Shown here piece by piece: positions 27,461 to 39,224 of a DNA stretch of 64,000 bases (position 1 is the stretch's first letter; each line of letters opens with the position of its first letter). This stretch comes from Neocallimastix sp. 'constans' (taxonomy: Eukaryota). The notes below the pieces were generated by a model, which searched no databases, was not told where the DNA came from, and saw only the letters and a program-made list of their open reading frames with translations. The stretch spans positions 124,001-188,000 of the forward strand of contig JBODTK010000127.1 in NCBI GenBank assembly GCA_050613775.1, written 5' to 3'. Both the position numbers and the translations under genes were made by a program.

Positions 27461-28547
27461 GTTGATAATATAAACAAGGTGTTAATGTATTAATAATAAT
27501 TAATAATATTTAAAATAAAATAAAAAAATATAATAATTATTATATAAATGTAGTAATTATATATATATATATATATATATTTTTATTTAATTTTCTAAAA
27601 AAAATTTTTTTAGTCATAATAAACGTTTGTCTAAATTATTTTTATTATTATTTAAAAATTTATTTATTCATTTATAAATTATTTATTCATTTATTTATTT
27701 ATTACATTATAATACGCCATGTTTTCTGAAATGCACTACAACAAAATACAAATTTATGTAATACAAATTTTCGAAATGACACACCCCCAATTATTACATT
27801 AAAAATTTATCTTGTGGCTTAAAGAATATAATTCAAAAATTTAGTTCATATGATTTATTTACTTTGCTTATTATTTTATAAATCAAAGAATAATTTACAT
27901 TTTTGAATTACACAAGAAAAATTTTTTAATTTAAAATGTGATTGGAATAATCACTTCTTTACATATATATTATTCATTATAATATAAAATATATTAAATA
28001 TATTAAATTAAATAGTTAATTTCTTCTAAATATATATAATAAGAATATTATTATATATATAACTTAAATATTCTTATTTATTTTAAAGTTTATATTAAAA
28101 ATACATAATACTTCTATATATTATAATATAATGAAATAGTTTTAGTTATTTTAATTATAATTAAATAAATATATAGTTGATATTATTTATTATATTCATA
28201 TTTATTATATAATTATATTCTTATATATTTAAATTTATTATTCTTATTTTCATTTTTAAGAATTATATAGTAAATAAATATTATATCTATTATTTTTAAT
28301 ATATATTTATTATATATTATATTATACTCTGATATATTATATTTTAAATGTATATTTATTATTATTAATAATTTGTAAATTATTATAAAGATTTCCTAAT
28401 AACTACTCTTCTTTATTGTAATTTATAGAAGACCCTTGGTTAATTGGGTTTTATAAATTAAAATATATTAATAAAGGTTAATTAAATATAACGATACTAT
28501 TAAAAATTAGTAGCACATAAAAGTCCTGCATATCATTTTTTTTCTAT

Positions 28548-30140
28548 TGATATAAAACAAATATGTGTAGTAACATATTTGTATATTTAATAATAATTAT
28601 TAAATATTAAATTTATATCTTTTTGATAATAATTATTTTATTTTATTTTATTTCAATATGTATTATTATAATTATAATAATTATAATACTTTAATTCATA
28701 TAAAATTTATATATTTCTATATATTAGAATATATAATTAATATATTACCTATTTCTTATAAATAGATTAGATTATTTATATTAGAAATAGAGAACTCTCT
28801 TGTAAATTTTTAGGAATTAGAATTATTATTTTAATTGTACGAATATTATAATTTTATTAATAAAATTTACTAAACTACCATTATTTAAAACCCACTGCTT
28901 ATAAATTATTGCACATAAAAGTCCCGCATATCGAAAATTGGTGGAGATATCGGGGATGTGCTATGTAAAAAGTAATTTATAAGTAGTGCTGTTTAATAAT
29001 TTTGTTAATTAATTATAAATCCGTATATATTTACATAAATTCTCTTCAGTCAGGATTAATTAAAATACACTGTTTAGGATATAAATTTTTAATTTTTTTT
29101 ATTGGCTATTTATAATTATTTTATCTTTGGTGAAGAGAAAGTTATACACTATATGTTATTTCATTCATTTTAGTATAGTTTAAATAAATTGTTTTAAAAA
29201 AAAACAAGAATTCGGAATATTTTATAATTATATTAAAAAACATATATATATATTAAACATTATATTGTATAAATAAATATTTTAAAAAAAAAAAAAAAAA
29301 AAAAATATACAAAAAATTTAATAAATAAGTATTATTATTTTTAAAATTAATTGCTAATAATTGTAATGAATCCGTCAATAAAAAACAGATTATAACAATA
29401 AAAAAACACTACAATTTAAACAAATAAAATTAAAGTAATTTCTTTTATTAATAAATTCTTTTATTAATTATAAACTTCTTTTATGTTATTAACTGTAAAA
29501 TAGTTAATAACTAATACATCGATTTAATTAAGAAAAATTACATGTATTTATATTTTTTCTTATTACAATATTAATATATGATGTTATTTAATAATATATA
29601 TAAAACTATTTATTTATAAACAAAAGATTTTTTAATTAATAATTTTTTATTATTTATTAATTTACTAAAACTAAAATTAATTTTTTAAACTCTTTATTTT
29701 ATTTATTATTTTAATACTTATAATAATTTTAATTATATATTTAATATTGAAAAACTATTTTTATAAATATTAACTATTTAAGATTATTCCTAAATTAATA
29801 TTTAACTATTTAAAACTAAACTAAATTAACTAAACTAATTAAAAAATATTTTCAATTTAAAAAAATAATTAAATTTTATTTCAATAAATTTTATATTAAA
29901 AAAATAATTCATATACATTAAATAAATTAATTGTACGAAAAATTAAGCTATTTAATGTATTAAAGATTTATTAAATCTTTACAATAATGAAGAATAGTAA
30001 ATCTACTGGCAATCGAGTAGATACTGGGACTTCCAAGAATTGGTGGATCTAGTAGAGATGCAGAAATATGGAAATTTAGAATTAATAATTGGTTTAGGAG
30101 AGAAGGTATTACTACCAATATAAAGAAATTTAGTTACATT
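28548..30140 (+). mobile_element. LTR retrotransposon relic (element F): LTR 28548-28933, tRNA-Ala-type PBS 28939-28956, truncated gag-like sequence ~29990-30140
   Basis: TGATAT...ATATCG termini; TGGTGGAGATATCGGGGA fits a tRNA-Ala 3' end (...TCTCCACCA); related LTR end (GCACATAAAAGTCCTGCATATCA) at 28513-28535; ILGLPRIGGSSRDAEIWKFRINNWFRREGIT resembles a gag N-terminus. Confidence 0.6.
29362..29983 (-). mobile_element. Solo LTR (same family as 21647-22247)
   Basis: TGTAA...TTACA, 5-bp TSD ATAAT, reverse-complement match to 21647-22247. Confidence 0.88.
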
Positions 30141-30892
30141 ATTAAAACTTACTTTATTAAAATAGAAATATAAAAAATTTATTAATGTTATTACTATATT
30201 ATAATTGTTATAATAATAACTCTTGATTTCTCAAAGAGAATTCAAGAGCTTTATTTATACTTTTTTGAAAAATAAGGTTAAATTAAAAAATGTTTTCTAA
30301 TCTTAACAAATCTCTTATCTAGGAAAAGATTAGAGAGAAAAACCTAGATAAGATTTTTGATCGATATTCTATCCATATCGATCATCGTATCAATTAGGTA
30401 AAACCAATTACTTTTAAAAAGTGATTGGGAAAAACCCTAATTGACCGATTAGCTAATCTAATTTAATTGATCGAAAATAAAAGAATAAAATAATAAAAGA
30501 TATTTCGACCATAAAATCATAAATTTACAAATAAGGAAAATAACATAATAATGATATTAATAAACAAAATACAGAATACATTATTAAGTACATATTAGAA
30601 TACATAATATATTTGTTTACAATTTAATTAAATAAATAAACTAAGACTAATAAATTTAATAATTAAATATATAATTAAATAAACTATAATTATTTATAAA
30701 TGTATAAATAATAATTAATTAAATAAATTTGTTGTATTAAATTAATGATTATTTAATATTGAGTTTAATAAATTATTAATAATATTTAAATGAATAAATA
30801 TTATATAATTAAATAAAGTTATAATTATAACTTAACTAAGAAAATATAATTATTTTATTTAAAAATAATTATAGATTCTTACATTGCTCCTT

Positions 30893-33800
30893 TTACGATG
30901 ATGGCTCTTTCAATTCTTTATTCCGCTCTGTATAAGGCTCCAATTGTGAGATATGAAATACCGGATGAAGATGTAAGTTTTCTGGAAGTTCCAAGCGGTA
31001 ATTCATTCTTTCCCCCTTTTCGATAATTTTAAATGGACCAAGATACTGAGAAGATAGCTTTTTGGACGGTTCATTTGTAAAATAATATCTTTTAAGCATA
31101 ACCAAGTCATTAACTTTGAAGTCAGGGCCTATAGATTTTTTATTATCAGCATATTTCTTAAAATCTTCTTTGGCTTTTATTAAGTGTTGCCGGAGGGCAT
31201 TAAAGTGTGACGACCAGTCTCTAGTAAGGATAGAAGCTGTGTCTCTTAGTAAGACAGGAGGGGAGTCAATAACACAATTAGGATCGAAACCATAGTTAGC
31301 ATGAAAAGGAGTTTGGCCAATTGATTTATGGATGGAGTTATTATAAGACATTTCACATAAGGGAAGATAATAGCACTATTCATTCTGGGCGGAAGAACAA
31401 TAACAACGAAGATATTGTTCAATAATAGCATTGGCACGTTCCACTTGACCATTTGATTGCTGATGATGGGCCGTTGCTAATCTTGGTTTGGCTCTAATAG
31501 CATCACATAAAGAGGTCCAGAATTGGGAGGAGAATTGAGAGCCGTGGTCGAAAACAATAACTTTTGGAAAACCATGGTGTTTAAAGACTTGGAAGAGCAG
31601 TAATTTTGCGGTTAGGTCGGCGGAAGGAACGTCTGAGCAGGGCACTAAATGGACCATTTTTGTTAAATGATCAGAAACAATCATGATGCATATGCAGTCT
31701 TGCGAAGAAGGCAGAGAGACTATAAAATCCACGCCAATTACTTCCCAGGGTTTTGTAGGAATGGGAAGTGGTATTAGCTTACCATATGGCTTATGTCTGT
31801 GAATCTTACTTCGGGAACAGACATTGCACGAAAGAACATAGTTAGAAACATCTTTCTTCATGTTTGGCCACCAGTAGAACCTTTTAAGTTTTTCAAAGGT
31901 CCTTTCTATCCCTTGGTGGCCGCTAGTAGGCGCATCATGGAAGGATTTTAAAATCCATGCCCTGAGACTAGATGGAACAATAATTCTTTTTTGGAAATGA
32001 AGAATTCCCTCGACGAGAGTAAATAGAGAACTATTTAGTTTTTTCGACTGATCTCTTAATTTAGAAAGGATATTTTGACAATATTGGTCTTCTTTCTGTG
32101 CTTTAATAAGTTTACTTATATTGTCGCTAGTAGCACAACAAAAAGCATTCTTATTAATTAAGGATTGTTGTTCCACGGGATGTGTGGATTTATAATCTGG
32201 TCTCCTGGATAAAGCATCAGGCTTTCCACTTTTTGAGCCAGCTCTATACGCAATCCTATAGTCGAATTTAGACAGGAAAAGGCTCCAACGAATTTGTCGT
32301 TGGTTTAAATGTTGTGGTTTTTTAAAGTATAGCAGATTCTTATGATCTGTTATTACTTGAACTGGGAACTTGGCACCTTCAAGATGATGTCTCCAGGTTT
32401 CAAATGCAGTAATAATAGCAAGAAGCTCTTTATCATAGATAGTATAATTAGCTTCTGCTTTATTAAGGGATCTGGAGTGAAATGCCACAGGATGCAATTG
32501 ATTATCTTCACTAGATACCTGAGAAAGTATACATCCGACTGCAAAATCACTTGCATCGGTTTCAACTATAAATTCTTTATCAGGATCAGGAAAGATTAAA
32601 AAATCATCAGCTTTAAAAGAGTCCTTTAACTTTTGAAAAGCATCTTCAGCTGATTTATCCCAGATAAAAGGATTTTCCTTTTTTAAAAGTTTGCGAAGGG
32701 GTTCCATGTTTTTTGCAAAGTCTTTTATAAATTTTCTATAGAAATTACATAATCCAAGGAAACTTTGCAATTCTTTAACATTTTTAGGACTTGGCCAATC
32801 GAGTACTGATTTGACCTTATTTTTATCCATAGTTAGCCCTTTATTGGAAACTATGAAGCCTAAGAATGTGGTTTCAGTTACATGAAACTCACATTTCTCT
32901 AATTTAGCATATAATCCATTATCAATAAGAATTTTTAAAACAGTTCTTACATGGTTAATATGCTCTTTTAAGGATTTGGAATAGATAATTATGTCATCAA
33001 GGTAAACTCTAACAAAAATACCAATACAGTCGTTAAGTATATCATGAATGAAACGTTGGAAAACGGAAGGCGCGTTTCTAAGCCCGAAAGGCATTACGAG
33101 ATATTCGAAATGCCCTAAAGGAGTTCTAAACGCTGTAAGATATTCATGCCCTTCTTTAATTCTTATAAGGTTGTAGGCGGATCTTAAGTCAAGACGGGTA
33201 AATATCATTGCACCTTTAAAAGATTCCATTAAGTCATTTATTCTTGGAATCGGGTAACTATTACGGATTGTAATAGCATTCAAGCGTCGATAATCGACAC
33301 ATAATCTGAGAGTTCCATCCAGTTTCAATACAAATATAACTGGAGCGCCTGCTGGTGATTTTGATTTTCGTATGAACTTTTTTCTAAGATTTTCTTGAAT
33401 ATACTCTTTCAAGGCTTTCATTTCCGGAACGGTAAGAGAGTAGATTGGACCGAAGAATAATTGGCCACCAGGAATAAGATCAATTGACATATCATATTCC
33501 CTGTGTGGTGGTAACTTCTCAGCTTCATTTTTCTCAAATACTATTATGAGATCAGAATAGTATTTGTCGAGAATCTCTCTTATGCCTCGGTTTTTTCCCT
33601 TCGGAGTCTATTTTCGTTGGCATAGCGGCACATAAATCGGAGTCACTCAAGTCTGAATGACAAACAGTATCTTCTGGGATTGATTCAGGAATGATAGAAT
33701 CATGATCGGCATTGTTAATTGTGGGATTGTCGAACATAGTTGCAGTGAAATTAGAGTTTTGGTTTGCGAACTTGAATTTCCTTGAAGAAGGGCAATGTGA

Positions 33801-34981
33801 ACCACAGTATTTACCTAAAAAGAATATTTTATTTTTCTTGTAATCAATGAAAGGATTATGAACTGAGAGCCAATCTCTTCCAAGAATACCATTGATTCCT
33901 TGGAGGGCTATGTTTGCGATGCAAAATTCAAAACGTTCTGTATGGTCCATAATCTTGAGTTTAAGCGGTTTTGTAGTTTGTTTAATGTTCATGCTTTTAC
34001 TATTTGGGAGTTGGATATTAATTGGAGAGGATAAACCTAATGATGGAATTTTGTGACTATTAGCGAAATTTCTACAAATGAAACTTCTAGCAGATCCGGA
34101 GTCAATTAAAAAGTTTGTTCTAATATTTTTATCATTTATATTTAAGTAAAAGGCAGTAGTGATTGTTGGGTTTCCATTAGAAGTATAGTTGGCTGAGAGA
34201 ATGTCATTTTTAGGTTTATTTTTATTGTGAAAATGTTTCTTGTAGTTCTCGATTTTGGTGAGTTCTCTGCGCTTCTTTTGAAAGGATTTATGATTCTTCT
34301 TGAAATTCTTAGTCTTATTCCTTAAACTACTTTCCAAATAACATTTTTTATCTATTCCAATTATAGTGTTCGTAGCTTCAAACAAGGTAGATGGTTTCTC
34401 AACCTTGTCGAATTCTTCGCGCACCTTATCCACAAGTCCTTTTCCAATAATGTCAATGAGCACTTCGTCGGGCCATCCAAGACGTCCCGCCAACCTACGG
34501 AATTCGATAGTGTATTCAGCGACACTACCAAGTTGAGATTGTTTAAGCTTCCACAATTTGTCCATAATAACGTATTTCTGCTTCCTTTCAATACCTGAAT
34601 CGAAATTTTCTAACAAAAGTTTCTTGAATTTTTCAAATGTTAACTTCTTTAGAGTCCCATCAGTTAGCAAAGAGAGACCCCATCTTCTTGCAGTTCCTGT
34701 TAGTTTATTGATAACAAAGGAGTTTTTTGACTCATCATCCTTGAATGTATTTGGATGAGTCTTAATAAAGTCTTCACTATGGATAATTATTTCCCTAATA
34801 CTTGGTTGGTTTTTCACATCACTTTCTTTCTGAAGAACTCCATTTGGCGAAAAGAAGGCAGGTATGAAATCTGTAATAGCAGAGATTAGTTTAGAAGCAT
34901 TTTCGTTATACGTAATGGACTGTGAAATTGGTGATGGTGTGTCTGCTAAAGGCTCATTAATTTGAATATCACTATTGTTTT

Positions 34982-34985
<4 letters not shown>
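30893..34985 (-). pseudogene. Gypsy-A gag-pol (gag, PR, RT, RNase H, IN); one homopolymer frameshift near 33595 and one stop at 31376
   Basis: LIDSGSA protease, LCVDYR, YLDD, TDAS, H-H-C-C zinc finger, GVDFI, NGQVER, GPF; no chromodomain. Confidence 0.93.
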
Positions 34986-35031
<46 letters not shown>

Positions 35032-35437
35032 TAGTTTTATTAAGTTATGTGAAAAATTATAATTAGTGTAGATTTAAAATTTTGTAATATTTCTAATAAA
35101 TTATGTTTATCTAATTTTTTTTTTTTTTTTTATATATATATATATCTATTTACACAATATATATTATTTGTTTTATTTATTTATATATTATAGTGATTTT
35201 ATATACGTCATGTATTCATTTATATATAGTAATATATTTATTAAAAGTATGTATTTATCCATCCATTAATATATAATAGTACAAATATATAAATTTTTTT
35301 TTTTTTTTTTTTTTGCTTAATTTCTAGACTATTCTATATATATCGTTTTATTGTAATTATTCTATTCTAATATATTGTTTTAATTTATTATTTTTATATT
35401 ATTTTATTATTAAAAATATATTGAAGTTTTATCTTAA

Positions 35438-35468
<31 letters not shown>

Positions 35469-36470
35469 GTACTACATAATTCAATAATATATTGGTATTA
35501 TTTAAAATTTTCTTTGTACTACACTAATCTATTCTAGATAAGAGTTATTATTGTAATAATTTAATTATAAAATTAATTAGAATTAAATTATTAACTACAA
35601 CTTAATAATAACTAAATAATAATTATTATTAAATTGAGAAAACAAAAAAAAGATAAATATACTTATCTTCTATAAGAGAGAGTTTATTATAACTAATTAT
35701 AATAAACTAATAACACAAAATAGTCAAAGAGAAAAGATTATTTTATTTTATTTTTTTTAAATTTGTTTTTTATTAAAACTTACTTTATTAAAATAGAAAT
35801 ATAAAAAATTTATTAATGTTATTACTATATTATAATTGTTATAATAATAACTCTTGATTTCTCAAAGAGAATTCAAGAGCTTTATTTATACTTTTTTGAA
35901 AAATAAGGTTAAATTAAAAAATGTTTTCTAATCTTAACAAATCTCTTATCTAGGAAAAGATTAGAGAGAAAAACCTAGATAAGATTTTTGATCGATATTC
36001 TATCCATATCGATCATCGTATCAATTAGGTAAAACCAATTACTTTTAAAAAGTGATTGGGAAAAACCCTAATTGACCGATTAGCTAATCTAATTTAATTG
36101 ATCGAAAATAAAAGAATAAAATAATAAAAGATATTTCGACCATAAAATCATAAATTTACAAATAAGGAAAATAACATAATAATGATATTAATAAACAAAA
36201 TACAGAATACATTATTAAGTACATATTAGAATACATAATATATTTGTTTACAATTTAATTAAATAAATAAACTAAGACTAATAAATTTAATAATTAAATA
36301 TATAATTAAATAAACTATAATTATTTATAAATGTATAAATAATAATTAATTAAATAAATTTGTTGTATTAAATTAATGATTATTTAATATTGAGTTTAAT
36401 AAATTATTAATAATATTTAAATGAATAAATATTATATAATTAAATAAAGTTATAATTATAACTTAACTAA

Positions 36471-37122
36471 TGTTAAGATAATAATTGAATTTCCATTTAA
36501 TTCAATTTCAATTTCAATTTCAATAATTCAGTTATTTGAATTTCAATATTAATAATTAATATTATAATAATTATTATTAAAATATTTAGGAATTAGTCTA
36601 GGCCAACTAATTACTAAATATTATTAACATATTGAATTTAATATATATTAAATAATGTAAACACGTGATTGTCATTAAATTAATTTCTACATATTATATT
36701 TTAATTATAAAATATAATATTTAGCAATATTTGATTCTTATATTTTATTTATATTAAATATTTATATTATTATCTAACTTTATATTATCAATATCAAACT
36801 TATATTAATATTATTTACATATTCATATTAATAATTAATATTTTAATAATTAATTATTTTATATAAATACATGTTTAAATTCTTTGATTAATCCTTTGTA
36901 GGATTATTGTAATTTAAATTATAGTAATAATTATATAAAATAATAATGTAATAAAATATTATTAAGATTAAATAAAATTTATATTTTAAATAAAAAACTT
37001 AATTATAAAATTTACTAATAACAATATGTTTTAAATAAGAGTAAAATTAAGTTATTAATTAATTACTATAATTTGGCATCTTGACCTAATCGTTAAGACC
37101 AAATTATCTTAAAACTTTGACA
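36471..37122 (+). mobile_element. Solo LTR inserted in the Gypsy-A 5' LTR
   Basis: TGTTAA...TTGACA, 5-bp TSD ACTAA; uninterrupted site at ~30835 in the other LTR; motifs shared with the Gypsy-C LTR (CACGTG, TAGGCC, TTCAGTTATTT). Confidence 0.9.
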
Positions 37123-38494
37123 ACTAAGAAAATATAATTATTTTATTTAAAAATAATTATATTTTCTTAGTTAGGTTATAATTAATATAACTTTTATTTA
37201 ACTCATATTTCATTTATACAATTAATTATAATTAATAATTTATTTAATTATATATTAAAATTTTATTTAGTTTAATATTAAAAATTTATTTAATCAAATA
37301 ATTTTTATACATTTAAAATAATATTAAATTTATTTAATTATTCATTTAATTATTAAATTTATTAGTTTTAGTTTTCTCTCACTTATTAAATCATAAACTA
37401 AAACACTATTCTGTATTTTATCATGTATTCTGTATTCTATCATGTATTCTGTATTATATTAATCATGTATTTTATTATTAATGTATTGTTTTATATTTTT
37501 TATGTAAAGTTCTATAAAATAGAACTAAATAGATTAAATTTTAAATTTTATGATCGAAATAATTTCATTATTTTATTCTTTTATTTTCGATCATTATATT
37601 AGATTAAGTAATCAGTTAATTAAGGTTTTTCTAATTACTTCTTAAAAGTAATCGGTTTTACTTAATTAACGCGATGATCGATATGGATAGAATATCGATC
37701 AAAAAACTTATCTAGGTTTTTCTTCTAGTCTTTTCCTAGATAAGAGATTTGTTAAGATTAGAACCCCTTTTGATTTTAACCTTATTTTGACAAAAAAGTA
37801 TAAATAAGGCTCTTGAGTTCTCTTTGAGAAATCAAGAGTTATTATTATAACAATTATAATATAATAATAATAACAATAAGTTTTAACATTTAAAATTTTT
37901 AATAAATAATAAAACAAATTATTTTAATAAAACAAATTTTATAATTAAAACTTTTCCTTATCAATTTCAGTGTTTCGTCTATTATAATTCGTTATAATAA
38001 ACTCGATAATTAGAAAGAACCATAGATAAGTATGATTCTTTTCTAAACCTTTAATATTAGCAGTTAGAGCTAATATTAATGATTAATAATTTAATTATAA
38101 TTTTTTAATTAAATTATTACAATAATAACTCTTCTTAGTATAGTTAATTAATTTAATAATATAATTAATTTCTAGAATCAAGTAGTACAAAATAATTTAG
38201 TGTAGTACAATAAAAATTTTTATGATTAATAATAAATAAAATAATATAAATTATATAGAATAATCTAGAAATTAAAAAAATAAATTAATATATAGTAAAT
38301 AAATTAAATATTAAAATATAAGTAGATAATATTAGTAAATCAGATCAAAAATCATTAATTAATAATTTAGTATAGAAATTATAAGAATAAATTAATATAA
38401 ACCATAAATTAAATATTAAAAAATAAGTAAATAGTAATAATTAGTTGGATAAATAATTAAAATCATAAAAAATTAAAAGAATAGATATATAGTA

Positions 38495-38665
38495 ATAAAT
38501 AATAATAAATAATAATAAATAATAATAAATAATAATAAATAATAATAAATAATAATAAATAATAATAAATAATAAATAATAATAAATAATAATAAATAAT
38601 AAATAATAATAAATAATAATAAATAATAATAAATAATAATAAATAATAATAAATAATAATAAATA
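38495..38665. repeat. (AATAATAAAT)n minisatellite in the Gypsy-B leader
   Basis: Directly visible. Confidence 0.9.
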
Positions 38666-39224
38666 ATGATAGTAAATAATAAATGATAAATGATAAATGA
38701 TAAATGATAAATAATAAAAAAAAAAAAAATTAAACAACAATAAATAGCAATAATAAAATAAATAATAACAATAATAAGAACACATAAATACACTAACATA
38801 TGTTTACATGATTTTAGGGAAATAGAACTGGAAGAAGTAGGCAAAGGAAACAATATAGAAGAACCAAGACTTAGTACAGACCTTAGAAGCAAAAGTGTGT
38901 TAGCATCTAGGTAACAGTTTCCGGATTAAGTTTATCTGTCACAGGCAGCGATCTGGGCAGCTCTGGACTGGCCTATCCGATGTGTGGTAGGTTGCAATCG
39001 TGGTGTACGCGGGAACATGACACCAGTAATAGGCAAGCTGCTCCCGTCATTAAGTACATACTACTGTTTACTGCTAACGTGCTTCTGGAAAATCGTCTGG
39101 AAATGCTTGAGTATTTTCTTATTCAACTATTTTCTTTCGCCAAAACTTCCTAACTATGACCTTATAATCATAATAAACATATATATATATTTCATAGTTA
39201 ATATAATTTATAATTTAGGTAAAA

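Larger units (their letters stand above)
23197..27788 (+). mobile_element. Mutator-like (MULE) DNA transposon
   Basis: ~52-bp TIRs (GGGAGTGTGCATTTCGAAAATTT... and ...AAATTTTCGAAATGACACACCCCC), 10-bp TSD AATTATTACA (23187-23196 and 27789-27798), internal MULE transposase. Confidence 0.9.
22655..27963 (-). mobile_element. 5' LTR (~700 bp net) of a self-priming Gypsy relic (element E), split by a Mutator-like insertion; leader continues left to ~22250
   Basis: TGTAAA...TTTACA termini; adjacent 11-mer 22644-22654 is the reverse complement of 22773-22783, which lies ~29 nt downstream of minus-strand TATAAATA (22812-22819). Confidence 0.65.
30139..37160 (-). mobile_element. Gypsy-A (Tf1/sushi-like); 3' LTR 30139-30883 (truncated), 5' LTR 35552-36470 plus 37128-37160
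   Basis: Near-identical direct repeats 30139-30870 and 35770-37160; PPT AAGGAGCAA at 30884-30892; self-priming PBS 35540-35551. Confidence 0.93.

Noticed and set aside
21647..29983. Long terminal inverted repeats of one 8-kb element
   Set aside because: Each repeat has its own TG...CA ends and its own TSD, so they are independent solo LTRs.
33585..33605. Programmed frameshift in Gypsy-A (GGGAAAAAA)
   Set aside because: The needed shift is +1, equal to one extra A in a homopolymer, and Gypsy-B keeps a single frame; mutation or sequencing error is more likely.
37708..37917. Duplicated 69-aa ORF (also 43655-43864)
   Set aside because: Antisense frame within the two Gypsy-B LTRs.
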